Source: Sphaerodactylus townsendi (lineage: Eukaryota). From it: DNA of 64,000 nt. The DNA lies in the NCBI RefSeq assembly GCF_021028975.2, contig NC_059431.1, forward strand, positions 43,090,001-43,154,000, read 5' to 3'. Below are positions 1 to 12,709 of the stretch, piece after piece. The notes beneath the pieces were generated by a model that was given only the letters and a program-made list of their open reading frames with translations, searched no databases and was not told the DNA's origin. Position 1 is the stretch's first letter; each line of letters begins with the position of its first letter. The translations under genes were made by a program, and so were the position numbers.

Positions 1-2738
1 TCAGAGGGAACTGGAAACCCAAGAAATGAGAAGCCATTGTGAGAAAAGAGATGACTGATGGTCATTAAAGCCCAGCTGATCAGCTCCTCCCAGTGCAGAA
101 AACAATAGGTCATATCAGGTGCAATATAATATAATAGCAGGATTTAAAGATTTGCCAGGACCATGTGTTCCAATTACAGAGAGCTAGCAGTGCCATTCAA
201 ATATTAAAGAATGGGACAACTGCATCAATAAACAGCAATGCAGAAAAAACTGAATACACAAAAGCAGCTGTAATAACATTGTTGCTTAACTATTTACTAT
301 GTGGAAAGTGACAGATGAGGAATATGAAGAGGGTGCTGCAGACTGCTTAGAAAATTAAGAGCGCCCTGTATTTTTCACGAGATGATGCATTTTTGTGGCA
401 GATTTTTTGCAAAAGAGGGGATTGCTTCACATTAATACCTGTAAGCAGAAACGTAGCAAGAATTGGAACAATATGCTACAGCTTTGGTTTGAGCAGAATT
501 CTATAGTTTTCACCTTAAGCCTGAACCCATGACTTGAGAAAGGGACTGCATATTAAAACATTATAGAGATTTGTATTCAGATAACAATTAAAGAAGATCC
601 AACCCTAATCCCACCTTTTCTTTACTATAACTATAGATTAGCTAAAATAATTTGACTCCAATAATGTCCAACATTCCCTACCTTCAGAAACGCGCAGATC
701 TGATTATGCTGGTGCTTCGCTGTGTGGTTTTGGTTTCCTGGGGATAGAGGCATTCAATTCAGAGGGTGTGTGTGTGTGCGGCAGGTGGGGACAGTGCAGC
801 CATGCTGCCTCCAGAGGTGTTCAGAAATGCAGCTGCCAGGAAAACAAATGAAAACTCCTACTGGCTGTGAAAAGTCACATTCAGGGTAACAGCTTATGTT
901 ACCCTTTTTGGTGGCATGAGGTGGCACCCAAAATAGGGGATGTTCCTGGGCTGAAGAGACTCTGGAAGTTGGAAATGCACCCACGCTTGGAAATGCCCCC
1001 AGAATGCCCCCATTCATGCCAGCAAAGCCTACTGTGGTGGAGGACCAGCAGTGCAAGGGAAAACTTCTGCATTTGGCTACTGCAGAGCCACATGGTGCCC
1101 CACCACCGACATAACTGTCCCTGCATTGGCATCTGTGCCTGTTTGGGTGGCACAAATAACAATGATGCTGGCACAGGGATCACATTGTTTCCAATGTGGC
1201 TTTTGTACCCCTTTTGGATTGCACTGTCAGAAAGATAGTTAAGAGGAGAAAGTGACTCTGTGGTATGACAGGGAAGTCGTTGACTGGAAAACTTGGCCAG
1301 ACTTTCCACCTGACAGGATTGGCTCAACTGGTATTTCTGTCCACTGCATTCCCATTTGTTGCCAAGCAAGGGCTTTTTTTAATTGTGTGAGCTGTTCCAT
1401 TCTCTCAGCTCTGCTAGCTCGGAAAGGCCAACTTTGCTGTTACCTGCTGATGGGTATGCAGATCTGTGCAGACTTGAAGAGGGAAGAGTGACAGAGAGCC
1501 AAACTTTTGATACTTAACCATAGACTGCAAATCTGTGATATAGAGGATAACAGAGGGAAACGCTTTCTTATTTTAGGTGGCAGGTAAGGTAGTATAGACT
1601 GGTGGGGCTAAGAAATATTAATACCAGAAACAGAAGACACTCATAGAGCTCCACCTGGTATTTGTACTTACTGTGTATCTCCTCATAAATATCATCTGTA
1701 CTCCCCACTTTATTTGAGTACTTCTAGGAAAGAAGCTTTTATCATCTGTCACATATAACTTAGAGCCCAGTTACTGACACTACCAGCAGCAAGAGGGACA
1801 AGAACATGATGTGTTTTCTTAAATTTTGCACACAAACCAGAACTGTGCATTTCATCACAGGCTTTAAATTTAAAATGCCATGGGTTTTAATGATGAATTG
1901 GTTTGAGATCCAATTGATCTAAAAAGCTGGGTATACATCCCAGAAATACATAATAGCTCCCAGTGTAGCACCCCAGCTCCCTAAATGAAAATTTCTGTAT
2001 TATAATTCAGGAATAGCAATAAGATATTCAATTTAAGACACATTCTTTTAACTGATCAATAGTACAATGTCATTGTATGCTTTGACTCCACCCTATTGTT
2101 CCCTTTGTCCAAGTGGTGAAAAGTTCCAGGGATCAGCACTTACATAGTTGATTTTCCTTTGGAGGAGAGAGCACTGGAGACTTGTGGTGTTTTTGCAACA
2201 GGCATCGAAAGAGATCCTTTACCTCGCAGATGCTTCAGTCAACCCATAGCAGAGGCTCTCTGTTTCTATCTCTGTCCTTCCAGCATCAGAATGGTGTTCT
2301 CCATCTGCCCCCACTCTCACACACAACAGGCCTGCTTCCTTCAGCTAAGAAAGCATTTTCTCCCGAAGCCATGACGACTTGCTTGACCACAGTCCCACTG
2401 AGGGGAATATCCACAATAATTAATTCACATAACCATTGCTTTTATTGTATAGAACAGATCAGGATCCAAGTTTGCTACACTAGTCACACTTTTTTTGAGA
2501 ATAAATTCTGTCAAATGTGGCTATGTTTAATTTCAGCTGGCCCATATGCCAGAATAAAGTGACATGGACAAATCTAGGGCCTTACCTTGACATAACTACT
2601 AGTTGACTTCAGGTCAGTGAAAACCAATTACTAAGGAATCTAGAATTTGAAGTTTGAGTCAATGGGTCTTTATTTATTGGCAAGATTGCACCAGGTAAAC
2701 AGATATAGCTGTGCATGTTGTGACCTATGGATTACATA

Positions 2739-3025
2739 GGAATATGCTGCCACAGGAGGTAGTGATGGCCACTAATCTGGATAGCTTTAAAAGGGGCTTG
2801 GACAGATTTATGGAGGAGAAGTTGATGTATGGCTACCAATCTTGATCCTCCTTGATCTGAGATTGCAAATGCCTTAGCAGACCAGGTGCTTGGGAGCAGC
2901 AGCAGGAGAAGGCCATTGCTTTCACATCCTACATGTGAGCTCCCAAAGGCATCTGGTGGGCCACTGCGAGTGCTGGACTAGATGGACTCTGGTCTGTTCC
3001 AGCAGGCTCTTTCTAATGTTCTTAT
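2739..3025 (+). mobile_element. CR1 LINE 3' end (5'-truncated)
   Basis: Encodes the RT C-terminal tail NMLPQEVVMATNLDSFKRGLDRFMEEK, then a CR1-type 3' UTR ending ttctaatgttcttat. Confidence 0.85.
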
Positions 3026-3084
3026 CAGACAATAGGCACTTCATTAGTTTATGACACATGAAGGACACTTTTGTAAATCTCAAC

Positions 3085-3203
3085 TGGATTCTGCACAGCA
3101 TATTTATAATGAGTTGCAATCGTTATAAATGAACTTGTTTAAATGGGAAACAAATTCATTTATAATGATTGAAACTTATTATAAATATGCTGTGCGGAAT
3201 CCA
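3085..3203. mobile_element. Palindromic MITE, PIF/Harbinger-like
   Basis: Arms tggattctgcacagcatatttataatgag and cttattataaatatgctgtgcggaatcca; nearly the whole element folds back. No clean TSD. Confidence 0.7.
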
Positions 3204-3328
3204 CTTTAGAAAACTGACTTATGTGGTATATTGGGATATATTTTGGTATATTGGGTATATTGGGATATATATTGGGGTCTATAAGGGATGGCGGATCAAC
3301 TCTTCTTGTTAAGCTTTACTCAAACACC

Positions 3329-3594
3329 GGGCCTTTCCCCACTTACCTTAAGCCCCGCGCTACTCGAGGAGAGTAGCGCGGGGTCCCTCGGCACTCCCCA
3401 CTGAGAGGGGCGGCGACAGCGCAGCCACCCCAAAGCTGCTGCTGTCGCGCCCCTCAGTGCGCAGCATCCCAGGCGCTCTTCTTAACGGCGCCTTTTGATG
3501 ACCCCGCGGGGTTGTGGGGACGGCGCGCCTGGGATGCTGCGCACTGAGAGCAGCGCGCGGCATAGAGGGGAAGGACAAGAGTGGGGAAAGGCCC
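3329..3594. mobile_element. CpG-rich PIF/Harbinger-type MITE with 3-bp TSD
   Basis: TIRs gggcctttccccact / agtggggaaaggccc; ACC on both flanks (3326-3328 and 3595-3597). Confidence 0.85.
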
Positions 3595-4199
3595 ACCATC
3601 TTCAATCATCATCTATGCATTCAATCCTCCATAAGAAGAAAACCCACTGCTTTGTCCGTTTTATACCCTTGGGGTGCCCTCTGTGTTTTCTTCAGACTTC
3701 AGGGTGAATAAATCTGAATATTCCAGGCCCCTATCCTCTGTTGTTCTTCCTGTCCTGCAGTTGTTCTTCCTGTCCTGCAGACTGACTGGGATGGGAATAT
3801 TTATTTTTAATGACTGATTTCTTTATAGAGTAATACATGCAACCACATTCTATATATATTTACTCAAAATTGAATCCTTATGTTTCCAGAAACACCTCCT
3901 TCATTAGAATATGGCCCCATTTTATTGACCTCTTGATCATCCTGAGACCAAATTCAGAATTACGTATATAATGGGAGAGGGAGAAGTAGTTCTTTATCAG
4001 TTTTGCTTCACATAATACATTCTTTGACAAAATTCAAGCCACACTGAGGACATGGAAAATCTTCCTCTTATTTTGCTTCAGTTTGTTTTTATTCCAGATC
4101 TATAAAGAGAGATGACTGTACCACAGGAGCTATTCCTAACACTTATTTTTGTTTTCACATTATGAAATAGATGGTCTGTGTAGCAGTCCTAGTAGCCCC

Positions 4200-4330
4200 A
4201 ACTAGCCTGATCTCATGAGAACATGGAAGATAAGCAGGTCTGTACTTGGATTGGAGACCACTAAGGAACATTGGGGCTGCTATGCAGAGGAAGGAAATGA
4301 CAAATCATCTCTGCTCACTTCTTGCCTTGA
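4200..4330 (+). mobile_element. 5S rRNA-derived SINE remnant
   Basis: gcctgatctcatgagaacatggaagataagcagg..tacttggattggagacc resembles the 5S internal control region; a Sauria-SINE-like tail follows. Confidence 0.6.
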
Positions 4331-4341
4331 CATGTGACTTG

Positions 4342-4412
4342 ATTAACCAGGGCTGACCCCACTTAGCAACTGATATGATGAGACTGGGCTAGCTCAGGCT
4401 ATCCAAGTCAGG
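4342..4412 (-). mobile_element. 5S-derived SINE head fragment
   Basis: Similar to 46255-46331, in the same orientation. Confidence 0.45.
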
Positions 4413-7400
4413 ACTGTGAACACAAACATGCTAGCAACTGTAATAGTCCTACCAGAAGCCACCCTGTATGAGTGTTTTTTTAACTTGCTTTTTCTGTTAT
4501 GTCTTTCCTGGAAATCTTAATGAGATTCTGCTATGAATTTTAGATGAGGAAGCTTATTAAAAGAAGAAAATTATTTTTTCCAAAAGAATCCTTCTTATGG
4601 TGCTGATTTTATACTAATATTTCTAATCCCTAAAACTTAAAGATAGAGTTAATCACGTTTTTATAATGTTCTTCTCTTTGGAAAACCTTATTTTAATATG
4701 ACAGATATCTTCGTACTCTAGCTTTCCAGAATGCAGAAGAGTGTCACTGATCCATAAGATTTGAGGAACCAAAATTTTAACCTGCAGTTAAAAAACCTCT
4801 CTCCAAAATAGAACATGTAGGAGAACCGTAAAATAGTTTATTAAAATAGTTCCAGATTATACACTAATCTGATATAAGAAATCTTGGGGATGACCCATAC
4901 AAGTGGATACATTTTCTGATTTGGATTGCCTTATGATGTCAGCTGGCTACAATAATGGCTAGTTCATCCATACAGCAGATTCAAGCTTTTCTTGGACTGG
5001 ATGTTTTTTTTTAATGTAGCCACTTTCAAACATTACACAAACTGCAGGGAACTACTTTTCTATGAGCAGCTCCCATGCAGATGGTGTAATGTTTAAAATA
5101 TTTATTTTAGTTTATTTATACCTGCCCATTCCCAACTGAGATAGGCTCAAGGTGGCTTCTGACAAATATACATATGAAATGCAATATGTAATATGAGTTA
5201 AAACCGAGAATGAAACTATGATCACTAACTTGAGTTAAAAGGTGTTGTTCTAACTTCATACCTTCTATATACAATACTGACTGTTACTAATGGTGAGCTG
5301 GTTTATAATCAGTCATAGGCCAATAATGACCCAGGTTTCTGCAAGAAGTTGAGACAAGAAGGAACCAAAGAAAAAGAAGCCAACATGAGAGAACAAAAGA
5401 AAGAAAAGGAAGTGAGAGGGAAGGAGGGAAAGGGAGGGGAAAAGAGAAGGGGAAGGAAAAGGGAAGGGAGGGAAGGCCAGCTGATTTGTTTCTTCACCAC
5501 TATGCCTGGCAAAACATCTCTGTCTTATAGACCCTGTGGATTTGAACTAAGTCCTGTGGGTTCCAGATCTCATTAGACACATGCCACTCTGGATCTCAGA
5601 GTTCCATTCCCCTTATGTTCCTGTCAGAAGCTCTGACTATCTTCCTTCTTGCACCCACTCCCAGTTGGTCATTCACCCACTCAGGCTTTCTGAGGGATTA
5701 ACATCTGGCTTCTCCTATTTCACTGTGACCGCTATAAGTACTCTTACTCGGCTTTTCCACTACCTTTTCCCTGGTGAAAGTGGGATGGGAGAGTAACTGG
5801 AAGCTCCCCCGCTTCCCTCACAGTGATCTTTTGCAGCACTAAGCAAACAAGTACTTTTACAGGCAGGTTTCCCTGATGTATGTCTGATTGATAGTCCAGC
5901 TGCACACTCATGATCCAACATGAGTTGGGCATACCATGTAGTAATGTCCTCAGTAATGTAAACAAAGGTGTATTACGGAGAGTCCCCAGGCAGTGAGTCA
6001 CCTAGATTTGTTTTCCAGGTGAGTTATGCAAACCACTAAGATGTTATGATTATGAGGATGACGAATGAAAGTTCATGCTTGATTATGTATTGCATCCAGT
6101 TAACCACAGATTGTTATCCATTTGCACCCACACACTGATCCTCAGAGAGTATCAGCAGGCAGATTCAGTCCCTGCATTTCCTGGAGAACATAGTAAAGAA
6201 GTGGGAAATGAGAAGGTTGAAGATGAAGGAAGCTATGATGAGAACTCATCTTGAATGTAAGCTGAATTTGGTATCAGACGCCTACTGATTGGATCCAGCC
6301 AACTTTTCCATTCAGTATCTCATTCCCCTTCTTACAACAGCTCCCATCTCACATGTAGGTCCCAAGATTCCCACTTCAGCTCTCCCTTCCTTCCTCTCCA
6401 GCAGAAAAATTGTGTTGATACAGCTCTTTGTACCCTCCTTTCTAGGAAGATCATTGCACATTCCATCCATTAGCATGCTAAGACCAGTTTTAGAAAGCTA
6501 AAAACAGTTTTATTTGGGGCTTCCACTGGTCTGCCATCCATAAAGTGATCAGGTTTAGTCTTTACCATTATAGCACTAGATTCTCCTTGGCTAGGCTGAA
6601 CATACAAATGTGTTACATTAACTTGCTGTGATATGGTTTGTATGTGTGTGTTGGGGGGCTGTTACCAGAATTTTTTTTAAAGAGTGCTGTTAAGTTGCCA
6701 GATTAATACCTGAACATCATTCTGTGTTGCTTTACGATCTCTAGAACTTTCTGTTCTAGCACTGAATTATCCATTCACCAGCCCGTTTTTTTTCTGTGAT
6801 ATTGGGGTGAAACTAGAGTGGGGAATGGACCCTTTTGGAAGTGGATTACTGCATATTGCTCTGATCTTCAGGACTTCTTCAAACTATAGTAAAGACCTCA
6901 AGGCTGAGATATGACACCCCTAAATGTGCAAGGATGTTTAACTGGACAGTATAGAATTATATTCTCAATTTTGAAAAAAAAATGCACCAGAGACACTGTG
7001 TCACTAAGAAAGCCAGTAACTTTACTGATTTGGCTGCAAAATACAAATTATACCTTATTTTCAGCAGGAGAAACATTTGAAATTTTCCTTTTTTTGTTCA
7101 CTACAGACAGCTGAATTGTTCCTTGAGATACACAGATGTGGTTTTAACTTAGTTATAATGTTTCATCATCTAGCGGCGACAAAGTCCAGCTTATGCCACT
7201 GTAAGCCTTTAAGTGTAATATTCCTTGCAAAATGCTTTTATGCCCCCATTTACAGGATGGTTTTTAATTATCACTGATTGAATGGAAAGAAATCCCCAGG
7301 AAACAATTGTAATAGAAGCAAATCATCTGCAACAATCTAATTCAAATGCCTTGTGATGTAATGTTGGCCTACAACAGTGACTACACACAGGACCATGATG

Positions 7401-7755
7401 CCACTGGTTTTATACATCATTGAGCTGATTTTTTCTGAATCAAATTGAGGTATGGGTCAGTTGGATGTATGAATGGGCCTAGTAAAGCCAAACTACCTGG
7501 TTATGATGATAATCAAGCAGGGAATTTGACACAAAAAGTAGATAACACATGGAGTGCTGCACATCTTTGGTTAAAATATATCCACAAAAGCTTGTTATTA
7601 TGTTGACAGTGAACCATTCTCAACTGACACCATTGTTCCATCAGTCCTTCCAAGAGATGTGTGATGGCAGCAAATGGAGGCCACAGAAGTCAAGATGTCA
7701 CTGCAGATGGCATAAAACTGGAGCAAATGAAGTACACTGTGTTTAGGCAATAGCC

Positions 7756-7761
7756 TTTATT
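7756..7761 (-). terminator. Candidate distal poly(A) signal AATAAA
   Basis: Minus-strand ctcAATAAAggctattgcc with a U-rich upstream region, at the end of the UTR-like block. Confidence 0.45.
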
Positions 7762-8467
7762 GAGGTTTCAAGTGCTTTTTTAAGGAAAAAAATGACAAAG
7801 CATTTGCCTTCTGGGGGAAGGAGAGAAAAAACCCAAAATCACATTGTTATGTCTACTAAGATGATGGGTATATAGGCAACGACAAAAGGAAACAATAAAG
7901 AAGGGTTTGTGACATCCTTGAAAACAGCGTAGTAGTTGTTTTATTCTTACTTTCAGCTTTACCTGAAAAAAGCTCTGAGAAACAGCAGATATCTTTATAA
8001 TAATCATTAAAAATTCTTAAATTCCACTTCCAGGGAAAATAGAAACAATTTGGTTACAAAAAACAACTTTGAAAAAACACTGAAATGAGTCAAAAAACTT
8101 CTCCGGGAAAGGCATCCATGCATACAATATACAAATTTGTGCAGATTGTGAATATCGTATCGCCACCAGCAATTGGGATTTAGAATTTCATCAATGATGC
8201 CTTTCCAACGAAGGATCAGCAACAAATAAGGAAGGAGATAGCTCTGAAGGTATCTCACATCACATTGTACTGCCTGGACCAACATTAATGTGAATACTCT
8301 TTTGGGGCGCTGCCCCAAACTGTTTAAATATAAAAGAAATCACACAGTAAGCCCAAAAGTAGCTTTTGCAAATGCAATAGATGGTTAAGGTACAGGAAGA
8401 GGGAACACCTAAAGATAGACAGCTAGAATTTCTAGAAAGCAACATCACAATGAAAAGTTGTGCTTCT

Positions 8468-8473
8468 TTTATT
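8468..8473 (-). terminator. Candidate proximal poly(A) signal AATAAA
   Basis: Minus strand: TGTA about 12 nt upstream, then AATAAA, then the GU/U-rich ttttcattgtgatgttgcttt. Confidence 0.45.
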
Positions 8474-9614
8474 AATTAACTCCATTTACAAGTATGAATT
8501 AACTTTCACTTCCTTGCCCCCTAATACTTGAGATAGCTTGGTAGCAGAAAGAAGAGGGAAATTAGTGTCCATTGACACATGATTAAGTTCTGTGGCTGTT
8601 CAGAAATCGAGGTCATAACAGTGACAGATTGCCTAGTCCAGTTGTATGAGCTTGCTCCAGCAAGCCTTTCTGCAAACAGGTGCAATGGGCCAACTATCTT
8701 TAAGTCTCTACTCTCCCTCAATAGCTCAAGTTTCTATTTTTTCTTGTGTAGTTCAGGCAACCTGCAAGGCAAAATATTCATATGGCTATTGTTCTAACTC
8801 AGAAGACTGGACCACACCAGCTCTACTGATATATTACCTAACAGTAATGATAAACCAAGGATGGTTTCTTTTGATTTAAAAAAAAATGAACAGATGCAAT
8901 TGTGACATATTTGCATATTTCATTAAATTGAAAACTCTCAGGTGGAGACTGGATATTGGTATGTGTTAATGTTAGGGAACTATTCTTGAAAACCCCATTT
9001 GGGTTTTAAAAATTAATGATTGGCCCCATTCTCACTGTCTTTTAATGCATGTGTATCTTTTACAAATCATGTTCAAATGCATTATCAGAATTTTCTATAC
9101 CAGAAATATAGGTGACAATGTCCTTGTCTCAGCATGCTCCTAAGATTTGCTGTTCCAGCCAATAAAAACTTAGGATGAGACAAAGCCACTGTTGAACCAG
9201 CCCAACATCACAAACAGATGCTGGGAATGTTAGTTTGTAATGCCAGTGCAATTGGGTACTTGCAGGTATGTATCATGACATAAGAATGATGAGAGAAATG
9301 CAATAAGCTTCACCTACATTAGCCCTACTAGTTATTGATGGCTGGGTGTTACACTGATGAAAACCTTATAACCTCAAGAAAACTCTTGGTATAGTTCACA
9401 ACCTAAACTAAACATGCCAGTATACATTCACTTCATCCAATTTCAGATTACAAGTGATGAAGAAACTGTATAGTTTAATTCCTGTTTGCAACTCTGGAAA
9501 ACTATTGCTCACCTGTATTGATGGGCAATAAAAAACAGGTTATCCCATAACTGTAGACTTCTCATACTTCTTTATAGTTGCAATAACTCCAAACGAGAAG
9601 GAGACTCATTTCAG

Positions 9615-9668
9615 GAAATGGGAACCGTAGTCCATGAACATCTGGAGGGCCAAAGTTGGACACCCCTG
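9615..9668. mobile_element. Half copy of the palindromic hAT MITE, inside the putative 3' UTR
   Basis: atgggaaccgtagtccatgaacatctggagggccaaagttggacacccctg matches the right arms of 15992-16125 and 47941-48075. Confidence 0.7.
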
Positions 9669-10552
9669 CTGTAGAAGAATTACTCAGATTTCATATACCT
9701 CACAAAAATATACTGTACAACAAGTACAGCTTAATATGAGATATGCATGATGAGGGTTGAGTCCCAGGACTTTTCAGTACCAGAGACTAAGCATGTGAAG
9801 ATGTACTGCAGGTATGAGTGAATCACCATCACTCATAAAAGAGAGACCTCATATATTTAGAGTTAGGGAATAACAATTGAACCTCAACCTCTTTCGTTTT
9901 TATTTAAATTACCCCGCTGATCTCATCTTTAAATTCTCCATGAAGGGGAAAATGCACTGAAGATTAAAGTTTTTGTCTTTCTTGCAATGTTGCTTTTACC
10001 AAACTGATATTGTGACTACAAAAGGCTTAACTAGATGTTTCTACTGCTTTTTTTTTTTAAAAAAAAGGAAAAGCAAGAATCTACCATGCAGAATGGAAAA
10101 ACATGGGTAGGGAGGAATTGTTTAATCCTTTCCTTGTGGTTCATTTTTTTTCCTTTGCTCAAAATGACTCTCCTGGTTGGAAGTTTCACAGGACCAACAT
10201 TCCAACTATGTTCCTTCTGAATGGTAATAAAACATGATGGTCTACTAAAACGATGACAATCTCATTCACTAAGTTTTAAGGACACTGTAAGAGGGTTAGA
10301 CAAGAGAAACATCTAGCTAGGATTCGTATATTTTATTATGAGTAGAATTTTTCAAAACTGCTTCAAGAAAGTAGTAGAGTTTAGCTCCTATAATGTCCTA
10401 GATGGGCATGGCATATAAGCATATTATCACTTATTGTTTACTGATGATTAACCACAGATGTCAAGTCAAGCATAATATCTTTCAATGTAAATGGTTCTCA
10501 CAATTAAGAATCAATAATCACTTGACTATTCAACATTTTGTGAGTGACTAAT

Positions 10553-10645
10553 AGTGCAGTCCTATGAAGAGTCAAAGCCAACTGGTCTAAGCCCACTGAA
10601 TCTACTTAGTTTTGTCTGGCACGAGAATACATAGGATTGTACTGC
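10553..10645. mobile_element. Old short MITE (agtgcagtcct...aggattgtactg) in the putative 3' UTR
   Basis: Imperfect terminal inverted repeats; related decayed copies near 29341-29430 and 38512-38597. Confidence 0.45.
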
Positions 10646-11346
10646 AAGTGAGATATATATGTATATATATATATACATTCATGTGAATGAACCTTGAGGC
10701 TGCAACAACCTGAAACTTATAATTACCCTGAGCTTCAGAAATGATGGCTTTGACTATATTATTTTTTCAAATCAAATATACTGATTCTCCATATTTGAAT
10801 ATGAACTCACCTACATCTCTGAGGCATCATACTGTCTCGTGGGGGTAAACAGGATTTGATTTGGGAGTGTTTGGGTAACTCTTCACTAAACTTTTATCTT
10901 CACTTTTATCTTCATTCTGTACTCCCATACATTTGGAAATACAGAACCTCTTCCAGGTGCACATCAGAGCAAATAAGGAAAGGATGTCAATTCTATTGAA
11001 TTTATGGAATGAGTACAAAGTCATGTTATGATTTAAACCAGCAGAAAGCCACAAGATACTCAAGATATAAACGAAGTAAGAAGGAGGCCTCAGTCAAATG
11101 AATTGACCATTACGCCAGAACTAATCAGTATATACAATGGGTCACCAAATTGATTGTCGATGGATTAGAATGAATGGGCTGCTATAGGAAGGGAAAATTT
11201 TAATCTTTGCAGATTAGCCTTCAACAACTGACTAATTCTGTAAAATGTATGCAGGTTAAAAGGAAAAAAAAGAAAAAACCCTTAAATGTGCAACGGCACA
11301 AATATAATTCCCCCACTATTAAGATAACAAAAAACTTCTGCTATTA

Positions 11347-11540
11347 NNNNNNNNNNNNNNNNNNNNNNNNNNNNNNNNNNNNNNNNNNNNNNNNNNNNNN
11401 NNNNNNNNNNNNNNNNNNNNNNNNNNNNNNNNNNNNNNNNNNNNNNNNNNNNNNNNNNNNNNNNNNNNNNNNNNNNNNNNNNNNNNNNNNNNNNNNNNNN
11501 NNNNNNNNNNNNNNNNNNNNNNNNNNNNNNNNNNNNNNNN
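11347..11540. other. N-gap (194 nt) in the putative 3' UTR
   Basis: Run of N. Confidence 1.
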
Positions 11541-12387
11541 GTCCCCTTTTGTTTTTTTCAGGGCTGTTTAAAATATTGGCGAAGCTATGGAGGGGAAAAG
11601 AACACATTTTGGCTTAATTAGACTACAAAAAGCCACAATGCTTTGCAAACTCTGTCTTAATTTTTAATATGAAAATAAGGAAAATGTAATTTACATATTT
11701 TTATATTTTTTATTTAATAAGTGATGCGGACCCAGAATTTTAAAAATTAAATAGGTTAGCCCTCAAATAAAAAAAGTTTTTTTTACAAGTATGGTCCTCT
11801 TTTAAATGTTTTTGATCTGTTTAACTGAGTGCCATACTCCAATGATATGCCTAGGCATTTGTGAACATTTCGGATATATTGGGTGACCTAAATTTTTGAA
11901 CCTTTTTTTCTTGGTCATCCAATATCTGGGTCTCCCAAAACATCTGTACATTTTCTATATGTTGCATAACAGCTGCTTTCTCTCTCAGTAAAGATTTGCC
12001 ACAGTGGGCAAATGCTTCCTTTTTGTCTATTTACATGTAAATAACGTTGAACCTGCAACATGACACTATCTATTGTAACATACAATTTGCAAGGGAGCAC
12101 AACAGTGAAAAGAAGTTAACCTTAAAATCTATTTTGTACACATGTTCTGTTGTACAACTCAAGTGCGAAGCTTATCTCAGCATTGCTGTTTATCCTTAAT
12201 ATGGTATCACTGAGGCAATTTAAAAGTACTTTTACAAAACAGAGTACCTGACTTTCCCCTCCCCCCCCACACACAGCACATAAATGCATATCAACCCCTC
12301 CCTCCCGCCCTCTTCCCCATTAAGGTATAGCACACACACACGCACACACACTGCAAGGAAAAAAAACCCTAATAGCTAATAATGTTA

Positions 12388-12709
<322 letters not shown>

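Larger units (their letters stand above)
7735..12387 (-). other. MEF2C: Probable MEF2C 3' UTR
   Basis: Follows the stop codon; AT-rich and repeat-poor. Minus-strand AATAAA hexamers at 8468-8473, 7940-7945 and 7756-7761. The 3' end is inferred. Confidence 0.6.

Noticed and set aside
3329-3594. CpG-island promoter
   Set aside because: The CpG-rich block is exactly bounded by TIRs and a TSD, so it is a transposon.
4200-4265. Functional 5S rRNA or tRNA genes (also the SINE heads at 27289, 36772, 46130, 59765)
   Set aside because: They are truncated, diverged and fused to SINE bodies.
6269-6278. TGGTATCAGA primer-binding-site-like motif
   Set aside because: No adjacent LTR end or gag/pol signal was recognised; a 10-mer alone is not enough.
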